Origin: Sporopachydermia quercuum | Lineage: Eukaryota | DNA length: 64,000 nucleotides | Assembly (NCBI GenBank): GCA_001599295.1 | Contig: BCGN01000005.1 | Span: forward strand, 1,240,001-1,304,000 | Direction of reading: 5' to 3' | Shown: piece after piece, positions 45,754 through 58,656 of the stretch | How positions within the stretch are numbered: the stretch's first letter is position 1 | How the letters are laid out: the number at the start of each line of letters is the position of its first letter | Made by a program: the position numbers and the translations under genes | Notes under the pieces: generated by a model | Told to the model about the DNA's origin: nothing | The model's input: only the letters and a program-made list of their open reading frames with translations | The model's database searches: none

Positions 45754-46788
45754 CAATTTTTGGGAAGAAGGGCCTAGGGTCTTTTGGTCATGAGGCTAAA
45801 GTTTCCGGTATTAAAGTTTAGTATTGGTCGCGTTTCCCATCGCGTTTGTTGGGACGGGACAAAGTGTTGATGACGCAATGGTATTTGGAAATAGTTGATG
45901 GGAAATTGGTATCATGTGAAGATAGATGGGACATGTGATGTGATAAGAGATAGCGACGATCTCTTATGTTTGTTGACAGAAGAATGTTTTACGAGAAGAT
46001 TGTCAGTCCGCATAGCAGAAAACTGGGTGCGGAATTTTTTTGGTTGATATGAATTTATTGTAGTCAGAAGTATGAGAATTTTGATTGACTGACGAGAGGA
46101 TACAACAGTGTATCATAGATAGAGAGAAATATGTAAGGGTAGTCGTAGAAATATATCTAAATGTATGCGAATTAATGGGTAAAGGCAGAGAGAGGGAGGA
46201 AAAAGAGTGGCCACCAAAGGCAACGATATCAATGTAATAAATATTCAAAATGAACTAATCGGTCTCAATTGCTTATATCGACTAGCGAAGTATGTGACTT
46301 GATTTGCAATTAGATGCTTTGTGTAGGAATAGTTGACTAGTAAATAGATAAGAAATTCCTAGTCTGAATGTAGCGATATGATAATTGACAAGTAGGACCA
46401 AGATGAGTAGTACAGTTATCAAGTTAATGATTGAGCTAGTAAGCTCTTGTTATCGTTACTGATCCCATTGTGATGAAACCTGGAAGTGAAATAAGTTGAT
46501 AAAAATTATTCACTCAATTTCAAATACCTCAAAGAGAGTGTCTCCTTGAATGTTTGTCAATGCAGCAACATAATTCGTTCATATTACTGCTATACATTAT
46601 TTCCACAACTAAATTCTCTACCACAATAAACCGAATGTTACTCATTTATTGTTGCTAACTGTTGTGAATACTTGCTTTTCCATCATATTGTGATCTAGCG
46701 CGGGTTTCATGTGATGTGTTTCTTCTCGTTCCTTAGGATTGGGTACAAACTGTGCATGAATTTGATGGCCACACTCTTCATTAACAAT

Positions 46789-49209
46789 TCATTCTTCATT
46801 AGTTTGTATTCGAACACTTAGTCCACTTGACGATAAATCTGAATCACTTAATTCAAGTCTTTCATCCTTTTCCTTGTTTTTATCACCATTCTCCTTTTTG
46901 CTCTTCACAGTTCCACCTTGGCCTAGAAACGAATCTTTTAAACTTGTTGTAGTTCCAGTCGATTTACCATCATCACTTGACCAGTTGTCCAGAGTTGAAG
47001 TTGAAGTAGCAACTGATTGTCGTCTTGAGGAAGAATTCTGTTTATGAATAAATTGCTTTGGAGTATTACCACATCTATCTTTCCCATAATTGATTTTGAA
47101 ATTCTTATATGGATGGGATTCAGTTTCCTTGTCGTAAAAGTCTTTAATTTTGTCAACAGCTTTTATTGAGTTTTCGATGTTGGTGAAGTTGATGAAAGCA
47201 CACTGTTTTTCACTAAGGAAATTAATCTGTTCAATTTCTCCAAAGGTTGAGAAATCAGCAAAAAGTTTTTCTTTGGTGATAGGAAATCCCTGCCCATTTT
47301 GTTTTGAATTATCATTGTTTTCTCTTTGGCTACTACCACTATCATTTTTCTTGCTACTATCAACACCGATATAAACATTTCTAGATGCACCATTACTAAC
47401 AGCTAGCTGAATGGCATTGGATAAAGGTCCTGAATGCTTTCCCCAACCAATCTTGACCTTACGGCTATGGATGGAGAGACCAGAAACACTAGTCATCGCA
47501 AAAAATTGTGCTGATGCAATAGGATCGATGAACGTTATGAAACATATTTTCTTTTCCTTAATCAGCCTGATTGATTGAAGTAATCCACCTCTTACAACGT
47601 TACATATTTCTTCTACACTGCTATCTGGATGAAGATTCCCAAGATAAACACATCGATTGCCCAAATTATTGGCACCGCCGGCTTGTGTAGCAATTGCTGC
47701 AGCAGCAGCTGATTGTTGCAAAAGGGCATTCGAAATTACTGCAGCATCAACAGTGCCATTACCTTTCAAATTATTGAGCAATTCACTTCCATCACCAGAG
47801 CGGTTACCAGAGATACCTAAATATTGAGCAGCGTTATGTTGTTGTGTTCTGGTAATGAATGCACAATGATCTTTACCGTAGTAGACCTTCTTATCAGTAT
47901 ATTTCGGATCCTTTGGTAAAGAAAGTACAGCTTTGATTGCTGACAAAATGCTTAGAAAGTGAACAAACGCTATGGCATCCTTTTCCTTTCGAACAATCTT
48001 GATTATTTCAATTGACCCAAATGGTTCCAAGTCTTTCTTGATCTCTTCTTCAGTGATATCTAAGGGTAAATGACCTATATATACATTTCTGGAAGCAGAA
48101 TCTTTTGCAACTGCCTGAGCTACAACAGGAGGAACAGGGGATGAGGTGCTCCAGCCAATTTTGATATCATGATTATTGATGGTTAATCGTTTAAGAATGG
48201 CATCTGAGTGAAATAGATTAGCAGCTGCAGGGTCTAAGAAGGATATAAACGCACAGTTCTTTTCGCGATGTAAATTCACCGATTCAATTGTCCCCGAACG
48301 AACATGAGACAAAAGTTCTGCAGCCGTAATATCCGGTGGAACATTTCCCAAATAAACAGTCCTACTACCTTCTGATGCAGTTTTTATTCCATCAACTAAC
48401 GAAGTGATGGTGTTTCCAGGTTGATGATATATTGAGCTACCTTTCCCTGAAGAAGTATTAAGGCTGCTATGGCTTATACTTCTCTTGCCTGACATTTTTC
48501 CATTGATATTACTTCTCAGATTACTGCTATTATATCCTTCCATATTACTTACCTGACGCTTCTCTTTACGTTGTCCTCCATAGCTAGACAGTGAACTAAA
48601 TGAGTTTGAATTAGAAGAGGTATTTGATGAAGATTTTCCTTTGGCAGTGGCAGCTCCTACAATTTTTGATAATTGCTGAGGATTCGATAGTATAGAATAC
48701 TTTTCATAAATGTCATCGAGGGCTGGATGTGTATTTGGAACGGGCCCAGGAATGAATTGAGATGGCCATACTGGTTGTTGTTGTTGTGGCACCACTGGTG
48801 AGGCTAATATCACTGATGTAGGATCATAATACATAAGATATTGCTGGCTTTGTTCATCATACATTACAGGTGTCATTGGCGGTTGCTGAGGTGTTGTGGC
48901 TGATCCTTGTCCTGGGTAAGGTGAAAAATTTCCCATCTGGGAGAACGGAGTCTGAGGTGTACCTGAGAGATATGGTGATCCAAGAACAAGTTGTGATGGT
49001 AGAAATGATAGATAACTAGGCTGCCGGTGTGGTTGTTGTGGTTGATGATAAAGTTGTTGTACATGCTGCTCAGTTATATATTCTTCTTGCTCGTACCATG
49101 TTGTATCACTACTGCTACTACTACTTGAACTCACATTCGGGGCAATGTTACCATTACCATTACTATTATGCAGACCGTTTTGAGAACGACCCGATGATTT
49201 CTTTGCCAT
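46789..49209 (-). CDS. MRN1: Four-RRM RNA-binding protein, Mrn1 / S. pombe Nrd1 family
   Basis: SRTVYLGNVPP, EKNCAFISF, SRNVYIG, YYGKDHCA, GNRCVYLGNL, KIGWGKHSG, GASRNVYIG, KINYGKDRCG; Q/P/S-rich N-terminus. Confidence 0.9.
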   Translation of the reverse strand: MAKKSSGRSQNGLHNSNGNGNIAPNVSSSSSSSSDTTWYEQEEYITEQHVQQLYHQPQQPHRQPSYLSFLPSQLVLGSPYLSGTPQTPFSQMGNFSPYPGQGSATTPQQPPMTPVMYDEQSQQYLMYYDPTSVILASPVVPQQQQPVWPSQFIPGPVPNTHPALDDIYEKYSILSNPQQLSKIVGAATAKGKSSSNTSSNSNSFSSLSSYGGQRKEKRQVSNMEGYNSSNLRSNINGKMSGKRSISHSSLNTSSGKGSSIYHQPGNTITSLVDGIKTASEGSRTVYLGNVPPDITAAELLSHVRSGTIESVNLHREKNCAFISFLDPAAANLFHSDAILKRLTINNHDIKIGWSTSSPVPPVVAQAVAKDSASRNVYIGHLPLDITEEEIKKDLEPFGSIEIIKIVRKEKDAIAFVHFLSILSAIKAVLSLPKDPKYTDKKVYYGKDHCAFITRTQQHNAAQYLGISGNRSGDGSELLNNLKGNGTVDAAVISNALLQQSAAAAAIATQAGGANNLGNRCVYLGNLHPDSSVEEICNVVRGGLLQSIRLIKEKKICFITFIDPIASAQFFAMTSVSGLSIHSRKVKIGWGKHSGPLSNAIQLAVSNGASRNVYIGVDSSKKNDSGSSQRENNDNSKQNGQGFPITKEKLFADFSTFGEIEQINFLSEKQCAFINFTNIENSIKAVDKIKDFYDKETESHPYKNFKINYGKDRCGNTPKQFIHKQNSSSRRQSVATSTSTLDNWSSDDGKSTGTTTSLKDSFLGQGGTVKSKKENGDKNKEKDERLELSDSDLSSSGLSVRIQTNEE

Positions 49210-49309
49210 CTGTGAATATGCAATACTACTAAAACAATCACAACCAACTAGCTGTTCACCTACTACTCAGCTAAACAGTTCTAACTTGCCTTTGCCTTGA
49301 CAATCGCCT

Positions 49310-49335
49310 CTTCTTCTTCTTCTTCTTCTTCTTCT
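49310..49335. repeat. (CTT)n microsatellite in the MRN1 5' leader (reads (GAA)n on the mRNA strand)
   Basis: About 8.7 perfect units ~100 nt upstream of the MRN1 ATG. Confidence 0.85.
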
Positions 49336-49641
49336 ATTTCGTGTTCTTCTTGTTCACTGTCTACAATTCCAGCTTGCAGTAAATTTCAACCAGTGGAATA
49401 AACAGAACAGAATCCTAATAGATACAACAAAAATGAATCAAACCAAGTTTGTTTGGAATCCTCCAGACCACAAATCCCTATTGATTGATTCTCTTCGATT
49501 ATTCCACAAACGCAATTAACACAATTGAAGGGTTTTGTATCATCAGTAATTATGACTTTTCAATGAAACACACCTAATTTCAGGTCTCATTCAATAACAG
49601 CAACCTCTGTTCCAGACTTTTGTTATATTTAAAGCGTGTAA

Positions 49642-49690
49642 ATTCTCATACTTTTTACACTATTCTCATACTTTTTACACTATTCTCATA
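49642..49690. repeat. 20-bp tandem repeat ATTCTCATACTTTTTACACT x2.5
   Basis: Units 49642-49661, 49662-49681, partial 49682-49690, next to a TATATATA run. Confidence 0.85.
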
Positions 49691-51944
49691 TGTATATATA
49701 ATAAATACAAAAAGACATATTTACTTCTAATTACATTCTTTCAAGCACACTGGATTTTCTAATATCCTATATCATTTCCGTCATTCCATCTCTGGAAAGT
49801 CAAAAAAAAAAGGAACAAAATAAAAAAACGACATGGGATGGTTTATGTTCTAGAAATTAGATTTACAAGAACAGCAAGCAAATTGAAGCTTGTTTATAAC
49901 CCTTCGAAGTGTCCGTCCGGAAACCCAATTTGTGCGTATTGCATTGTACTTTGGAAAGGGAAGATGAATGAGTGAAAACTTGATAGTTGATAGATTGAAG
50001 ATGAAAAGGTAATAGACTAAAATGTATAGTATATATATTGAATATTCTATAGGATATAGTAGATCATTTGACTGGTTTCAAGAGAAATCCAGAGGTATTA
50101 TGTCTCGTAGGTACTGTAAAATGGTTTTTGAACAGACCCTAGGGGTCTCCCTCTCAAAATGGGCATTTGTACAAAAGAATATACTACTACTTAATTGTCT
50201 ATCTTGGTATCATCATTCAATCAAATGATAGAAAGACGTAATTAATTCATCAGTAACACCTACATTATAATTGCTGTTTCCCTAGTGCAGATCACTGAAT
50301 CAATATATGGGTTTGTAATCTAAAAGTCTGTAGATTATAAGCACAACATAATAGTATTCTTCTGTTGAAATTAAGAAGCTCTAGGAGTACCGATTTTGTA
50401 AAGAGAATCCTTATTCCCATGGGAAATCAAGGCTTCTTCTACTAAAATTTCAGCAAACTAAGCCAGATAGTTGATTATTGGTGTAACAGAGTAAAAATAA
50501 ACTGGATTTTCAGGATGAGCAAGACTCATTTTACTAACCAATGATGAATCTGTTACGAGAGCCTACCTCACCGATCTCTTTCATGACTAAAGTTACATAA
50601 ATTCTCACCTGTTACATGTTGCGCTTATTGCTTCTGTATTCATCGATAAAAAAAAATATCGCTTAGGTCACCCATTATCCTGAATTTCACAAAGAACACA
50701 CTAAACGAATAGTGTCCCAATAATTCACGACATTCTGTTCCGGGTGATTTTTTTTTTTTTTTTTGACTTGTTTTCTTTCTCGATGTCGAGAGATGATCCA
50801 GAATCTGTTCTCCTCATCGCTAGGGAACGGCATATTTTATTATTTTCAGTCATTCTGGGTTCTACCTGCTTAGTTTTAATAACTTTTACAAAGAACGGGT
50901 AACCACTATAATTATATCTATATATCAGGCCTCAATTCATCTACTTAATATATCTTTATTTATCAACCAACGCCCTCTTGAAGGATAGCTATCAGGCCAT
51001 AAAACAACACATAAACACAAATTTCTCATTAATATGTAGTTAAAAAATGGCGATCGAACGGGCTTGAAGAAAAATTTGAACATGCTCTTATGGTTGTAAA
51101 TTCTTATCTCAAACACAAAGATTATTTGGTTGATGAAGGAACTTCATACAAATAAGGTTTTTGCAAGATGAGTATAAGTAGCATTAAGTTTCAAATAAAC
51201 CTTAGCTGTAACACTGCAATTATCATAGAAGCCTACTTTTCCGTGTCATTCTTGAAAATCATTTTGGATTGGATTAGACCATAAAAAAAGTCTAGGAAAG
51301 CTAAGCTATCAAAAAGTCTCTCTAAAAATTAATTAAAAATTACCAATAAATATCCTTCCCTTGGTAATTCATATCCTTCTGCAATTACTATTCAATTGCT
51401 CTTCGGCTCATCTCATTCTGTCTGACTCGTTACAACTTCCCTTTTAGGATCACAAGGAATGAAATTACAAACTATAGTATATTAACCTTAAATATTTACA
51501 GTTTCGAATGTCCTATCGAGGCAATCAAATCTATTGTTATGAAATGGTAGACGAAATAAGGTAAGAAAGATCAATTGCGAAGGATTTGAAATCGAGAAGC
51601 GTGCACGAGTAATATAATGCATCTTTTGGATTAACTCTCTGAAATGAAGGAGAGTAAGATGTATTGAAATAGAAGATGAGGTAAGACGGAAGCTGTGTAC
51701 GTTGTAACTTCGTCAGTATGATTATATTGTCCAACAATGAACCAAACAACATGATTATTAACGGGTTATTCACTGACAACTAAGTTGAACATAGAAACTG
51801 CTAAATGCAAGTGAAGGAAAACTAGCAGGATAAATTATGCTTTATTATGATTTAGGTAGACCAACTTAGATCTCAGTATACATTATCTATGTTACAAAAG
51901 CAAGCAAGTGCCCAAGTTCAGTAAGAGAACCGTCATCTTGTTTG

Positions 51945-53037
51945 CTAGTTCAGCATTGATTCATCCAAAGCAACGTTCTCTTCATTTTGACTGTAATCAG
52001 TTTCCTCATCTGTTGATCCAGGATCCGTTGTCTCTGCCTCTGATTCTTCACTATCATCTGTAGGAACTACTGATCTTTTACTGGTATTATTTCTTGAGAG
52101 TGCTGCTATGTCTTCTAAACGCAACTGTTTATCCGCTGTTTCTTCTTTAACTACAATATTGTCTGGCTTCTGCAAAGAGCCTATATTATCTTCTTCAGAT
52201 TTCGATTCAGGTTCCTCTTTCTTCACTTTATACTCACGCTGCGAAGGCTTATCATCTTCCTTCACAAAAGTCTCGGGTACTGAATAATCATCATCCATAG
52301 CACTATTCCGAACTGAGTCTGGAACTGATGGCTCCGCGTTGTAAAATGGAACATTTTGAGATAGTAATTCAGCAATCTTTTTTTTCTTCTCATTCAATAA
52401 TTCAGCAAACTTTCTCAGAAGCTCTTCTTCGGATTCTGCTTTCTTTTCAACAAATGATACCATTTGGTCTTTCATGTCCTCTAAGATTTTGTTCTTAACC
52501 TCCAGTTCTTTTTCTAGTTTTAAAGTAGCTTTATACCTTTCTTGAGATATTTGAGCGCTATCAACTAACCATTCAAATACATTTGGCTCCTCTTCTATCG
52601 GTGCCTCTTTCAACTTAATTGTTCCTAATCTCACTTTCAGTTGGTCATTGACATTTCGAACGATCCGAATGGAAGCAGATTCTTGGGTCCACGTAGCCTC
52701 CAGTCTCAACTTCTCCCATGAGATTTCTCTTCCCGGTTTCTCTTGTAAGACCAATAACCTGAAAATCGTTTCCCAGTTTTCTTCGTCTCTACCTTTCACT
52801 CCTAAATCTTTAATTGAAGTTATATCAACTGTATTCGTAAATGTTAGATCAAACTTTCTATTTCCAGTGAAAGTTTCCATAGATTTCAAAAATATACTTA
52901 CTTTCTGATTTAAATACCAATGGTTCGTCATCGTTACTGACTGCTGTGAAAACAATAGTCGGTGGTTGTTTTATAACGTGTACTACGAGTGAATTGTCAT
53001 TTGAAGTAGTTGACGGTATGTATAAGTTTATGCTCAT
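51945..53037 (-). CDS. XRCC4: XRCC4/Lif1-family NHEJ protein; exons 52902-53037 and 51945-52828
   Basis: Intron 52829-52901 (GTAAGT..TCTAAC..CAG) joins ATG 53037 in frame. Head domain ending VRLGTIKL, coiled-coil stalk, ligase-IV-binding motif LLRKFAELLNEKKKKIAEL, acidic S/T-rich tail. Confidence 0.8.
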
Positions 53038-53734
53038 AATTAATGAAACTCAACTATTCGCAAGGCAAATATCCTGCCAAACCAAAAAGCAAATCTTATA
53101 GGTAATAAATAAAAAAAATGAAAGTATTTCATTGAAATGGCTTATTTGTTTTATGTTTGTATTGCTTTGATTCATTGTTCTGAATAAATGCTATTGTCTG
53201 TCATTCCTCTACGAAACGATATGGAGTTTAACGATTATGCAGGGTGTATGCAAGTTTTTATTTAAGTTGGTAAATATGGAGTTGGAGAAACCCTTACAAA
53301 ATGCAGAATGCACACAGAAATTGCGGAATAAATAGTAACTATAGTAACTATTGCATTTGCCAATTATTTCTTTGACTTTTATTCAAACATGTTGCATTAA
53401 AACTTCCATAATTGAAGACTCAAAACTGCTGTTCAATACTGTTAGAGGACGACTCTAACAACTCGTCTCTCCATGACGATTCTTCATTACATGCATAAAA
53501 CTGCAATAATAACATAAGTACACTATAACCTTAAAAAACTATGCATATAACATTACTAGAAAGAAATTTCGACAAACATATTGAAATTGAGCTCCATAAT
53601 AAAAATATTTTCCTTCACTTTTAATGAGCAAGACATGATAGAACATCTCCTGTAGTAGACGATTCATATACAAATATATCAATTGTACCTTAGGTATCAG
53701 AATACACCATAATCTGTACTATCAAGTAGACAAA

Positions 53735-55807
53735 ATGGTACGTTAATTAGAACAAATATTTTTAGTTTTTTCTTAGAGAGTCTTACAAGTACTAACAGCC
53801 AGTTTAGCCACCAAAGTTTTCTGGTCCCAAAGGACCAAAACCTGTATACAACAAAAACAAACGAAAAGACACCAATTCTGCGGGTTTAGGTAGGGCTATT
53901 CGTAATAACAGATTGAGGGAAAACAAAGTAGAATACAGCGCTGATGGAGAACTAAGAGTAAGTATTAGAACACTATTACAGCTTGGAGAAGACACACCCG
54001 GTGGAGCTCTGTGTACTAACCACATTATATTTAGTATGTTACTGAGAAAGAGGAACCAAGCTGGGTTAAATTGCAGAGTATCACTCAAGAAGATACATTA
54101 AACGAGTTTCTTACTACTGCTGAACTTGCGGATAAGGATTTTACAACAGAAAGAAGTCAGCAAATCAAAATCATAAAGATTGGAGATAAGGAAGTCAATG
54201 GTGATAACGCAAGAAGTGTGGGAGACGCTTTACTTCTTACCAAAGAGGAAGAGAGAAGAATCAAACTTTTACAGCAACACAACAGAGATAGATTGACAGT
54301 TCCAAGAAGGCCAAATTGGGATGAAAATACTACCAAATATGAACTTGACCGTATGGAGAAGGAATCGTTTCTAGAATGGAGACGTCAGCTAGCACATTTG
54401 GTAGAATCTAGTAAAGGAGATTTGATTTTAACCCCATTTGAAAGAAATCTGGAAGTTTGGAGACAACTTTGGAGAGTTATTGACCGATCAGATCTAATTG
54501 TTCAAATTGTTGATGGTAGAAACCCCTTGTTTTTCAGATCAAATGATTTGGAAAAGTATGTCAAAGAAGTTGACAGTGGTCGTAAAAATAATTTGCTGCT
54601 TATCAATAAATCTGACTTGCTTTCAGACAAGCAGCGAACGATCTGGGCTGATTATTTTGACTCAGAAGGTATCAAGTATGCTTTCTTTTCTGCTGCAAAG
54701 GCAAAAAAGAGTTTGGAAGAGGAGGAAGAAATAGAGAAGGAAAGAACTGACCGCTTACCAGAAGGTGATGCCGACAGCAATAATACCAAAGAAGATGGGA
54801 ATGATAAACCTAATGTTGATGAAAGAATCCATATTCTGTCCATTGATGAACTGGAATCTCTTTTTCTGAAATCAGCACCTCCACCAGTTCCTAATCCTAA
54901 TGATCCAGAAGCAGTCCCAAAACATCAAATAGGACTTGTGGGTTATCCGAACGTGGGTAAGTCATCTACTATCAATGCACTCATTGGTTCTAAGAAAGTC
55001 AGTGTTTCTGCTACACCTGGTAAAACGAAGCATTTCCAAACTATTCATCTATCGGACAAGGTTGTGTTATGCGATTGTCCTGGTTTGGTATTTCCAAATT
55101 TTGCATACACAAATGCTGATTTGGTTTGTAATGGTGTTCTCCCAATCGATCAATTGCGAGAGTTCCAAGCCCCATCTACTTTAGTAGCTAGAAGGGTTCC
55201 AAAGTTTTATCTAGAAGCTATTTATGGTATTACTATCAGCGTGAAACCTATACAAGAAGGTGGTTCTGGCATTCCTACTGCTGAGGATCTTTTAGTTGCA
55301 TATGCCAAAGCCCGTGGGTTTATGAAGACAGGTTTTGGTAGTGCGGACGAAAGTAGAGCGGCTAGAGTTATTCTGAAGGATTATGTTAATGGAAAGCTGT
55401 TATTTTGTGAACCGCCTCCAATTGAGCCTTATAATGACAGTGATGAAGAGAAGCTCAAATTTAATGCTGAGTTATATACAATTGAACGTTTGTCAGGTTA
55501 CAGACAAGTGCAATTATCTGCTGCTGCTGCTGCTCAGGGTATTACTCTTGATAATATTAATCTTGCTGATGATTTAGCAAAGCTCACATTTTCAAGTCAT
55601 AAGTCCGGCGAGGAGAAACAATTCACTACTAACAAAAACTATGCCAAAGACATGACTGTTGGACAAGAGTTGGATCGGGATTTCTTTACTATGAACAATG
55701 TTCGTGGTCTACAGACAACACCATTTCATAAAGTAGCTAATGAAGTTAGCTCCAAGAAACATAATAAGAAAAATAAGAAAAAGTCTAAGGGTAAGGTGTA
55801 TGTATAG
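53735..55807 (+). CDS. LSG1: 60S export GTPase Lsg1; exons 53735-53737, 53808-53957, 54035-55807
   Basis: VPRRPNW, LTPFERNLEVWRQLWRV, circularly permuted G motifs NKSD / GYPNVGKSS / DCPG. Introns 53738-53807 and 53958-54034 (TACTAAC branches) give MPPKFSGPKGP...GLGRAI. Confidence 0.96.
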
Positions 55808-56799
55808 ATGTATAATGAATAAATTTTAAAAGGCTCACGATTGAAGCTTAGACAATTGTAATAGTTGTAGTCGTGTTAGGTATGGGATTGTTGGATAATA
55901 TTGTCCGACTGTTGGTCTCCTAACATCAGATGAGATCAGCTCAACTCCTTAGAACACCAATTTTTCATTTCTGGCAAAGGATAATATCTTTCAGGCTCTC
56001 AAGTTAAAGATAATCGTTCTATCAAACTAACCCAATCGACCATTGATATTCAATTGCGTTTATATTATGTTTGAAACACGCAGGCCATCTGCAAAGCACA
56101 ACCGAATAAGAGATAAATAATCCATGGTGTAGAGAGTTCCTTGGTAAAGATTCACAACAAAGAGATTACAAATTGAAAAAAGAAGATTCATTGACGAGGA
56201 GAAGCTGTCGGTAATACTTTTGGGTATTAATTACTTCTTCTGATCTTACTTCCACCTTTATCTGACTTCTACTTCTTCAATTCATCATACATAGCTATAC
56301 ATACTGGAGAAAGCTAGAACCTTACTATGTCATCATTTCCGCCATCATATCACAAGAATGCGTTCACCAACTGATATATTGTCAGATACTTGTTCTTTTG
56401 TTTACACGGAATCATTTTCTTGGAATAAACAATTAATATTCTGTTCCTTAATTATACTTATTTTGCGAATAAAAGCCTCAGTTCTGTTATCCCCTCTCAT
56501 ATTGACCGATCTCTGATGTAAATAAAAACCGGAAATGATATTCCTTTTCTTCCGGAAGATTGTAACTGGACATCCGAAATAGTTCCCACCACAACAACTG
56601 CCCTACAGGAACCGAAAGAAATTTTCATTCTCTTCTTCCTTTTTATACAATCGTCAGGAACACTTCCATTCTGCTCCTTCATTTTTTCTCTTTTCTCTTT
56701 TTTTCTTCAACAAGAGCCAATTGTATTGTGGAGTGTATAGAAAGGTGTTCTTTTTCTCTGATGTCTGTCATGTTTTGGTCACCAAGGTACTAGTTCTTA

Positions 56800-56930
56800 G
56801 TAAGTTGGCGATCAGTCATAATCAGTTCATCTCATGAAGAGGATTTACCTTGTTATTATATCTTATATATAGTTGGCTTAGAATAACTTCGGAGACCCTT
56901 TTTCGCTAACAGCAACCATTTTACTCTCAG
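56800..56930 (+). other. Putative spliceosomal intron with no associated ORF (unannotated spliced transcript)
   Basis: GTAAGT 56800-56805, GCTAAC 56905-56910, pyrimidine tract, CAG ending at 56930. Confidence 0.45.
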
Positions 56931-57518
56931 GTTGTAGTTTGATAGTAGTGGGGCCGACATCGAACAACAAATCGGATTTGAAGAGCTTGTCATAAGGCGG
57001 ATTTATGGTTCATAGCACCTTTTTCATCCCTTTGCCTAGTATAGAACTAATGTATAGCTATCTGTATTCTACCAAGAACCAGCTTCAGTACATTCAAAAA
57101 TAATTTTTTTATATCAAATCCATCCAGTTAATTACTTCCGTAGTTGTACTTATTTCAATATTAAAATGTTTTAAAGGCTTCAATTCAATTCGCTCTCGAT
57201 CTAGTTGAACCATTCATCATATCCTCACTGTCAAGGTATTTATTTGCTGATTATGTAATAAAGAAATACTCCATGATCATCGATCTTTTTGCACCATCAG
57301 CTGGCCATTTTAGTATTTCCAACACAAACCATTGATGAGGTTGGTTTCATGATTCACTTTTTTTGGTTCTTCTTCATGTGTTTTTGTTATATTTTTTTGT
57401 ATCGTTAATAAATAAGCTTTTCCACCTCTTGCTTATCGGAGTATCGGATTCTTACTGGATATGCAGAAATTGGTACTTCTGTCGAAGGAATTAAACATCA
57501 ATACAAAAAGAAAATCCA

Positions 57519-58656
57519 ATGAATTTAGCTGACTCCATTATCAACCACTCACTGAAAGAGATCGAAGCTTCTGTAAATCGATTTAAGAAAGATGTCAATC
57601 CGAAGATTTCTGATCAACATGATATACTGATGACGGTTCCAAAGAGTAGGAAGATTGAAATACTAGAAGAATCATTGGAACCATATGATGTAAAGATCAT
57701 TTTTTCAGCCAATTTACAGTGCCAGTCATTATTAACCGTATGTACTTAGATGCCGCAACTGTTTCTAGTTTACTGCGGCCATTTGATTGCTATATCATTC
57801 AATTTTCCTTATTTATTTGCTATTTCATAGAGATAATTCGGGGCTAACATGGTCTTATAGGATGTGGAAAAGATTTGGGAGATACTATATTCAAAGGCAG
57901 AGTCAGCAGAACCTGGAATGAAAGAAGAAAGTATATCACCTGTTTATCAGACCTGGTTGAGAAAACTTACTATGGTATGTTGCAACGTTATAACTAGCTG
58001 ATGTTATCAGACAGCTTGACTTTTTATTGTTTATAGAAAATACGTGCTGTTATCCTGTACTATTCATCAGGTTATCACTTCGCGGTCTTATACATGACTA
58101 TTTCAATGGTATTTCTAATGTTTAAACTGAGTTTTAACGATAATAGGATATCAACACTTTACAATTCAAGTACAAACAAATTCTCACGTCATATCATCTT
58201 TTAAATCAAATCAAGCAAGAACCGGAGATTGTTGGGACAGAAGAATCTGTCAGAAATAAAGGTAAGCAAATGACGGAAAGTGAACTACGGGAAAGTCTGG
58301 GACTGAACAAACCGGCAAGCTCCTCATTGGACTCAACAACAACTGATGGCAAAGTACAAATCAATCAGTCAATCCAAGAGGAAATCACCAACGATTTATT
58401 GGATATGGCTGCAACTCTTAAACAATCTAGTATTATATTTCAACAAAAGCTTGAACAGGATAAAGATGTTGTAAAAGCAACAGAAGCAGCTTTGGACAAA
58501 AGTTTCGAAGGAATCAGTAAAATTGGAAGGAAACTATCAGAATATCAAAAGAATGGTAGAATTGGATTCTGGTTTTACCTATGGGCGATTGTATTCTTGG
58601 TGTTCTCAGTGATTGGATCGATGATGATAATCAAGCTTTTCCCTAAATGGGGATAA
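57519..58656 (+). CDS. USE1: ER t-SNARE Use1/Slt1; exons 57519-57737, 57861-57974, 58147-58656
   Basis: SNARE motif QEEITNDLLDMAATLKQSSIIFQQKLEQDKDVV followed by a C-terminal TM helix ending KLFPKWG. Introns 57738-57860 and 57975-58146 are both phase 0 and in frame. Confidence 0.82.

Noticed and set aside
50540..50800. ATGATGA...CTGA (possible C/D snoRNA) and AGAGATGATC (U6-like)
   Set aside because: No recognisable guide or terminal stem; the ACAGAGA box and catalytic AGC context of U6 are missing.
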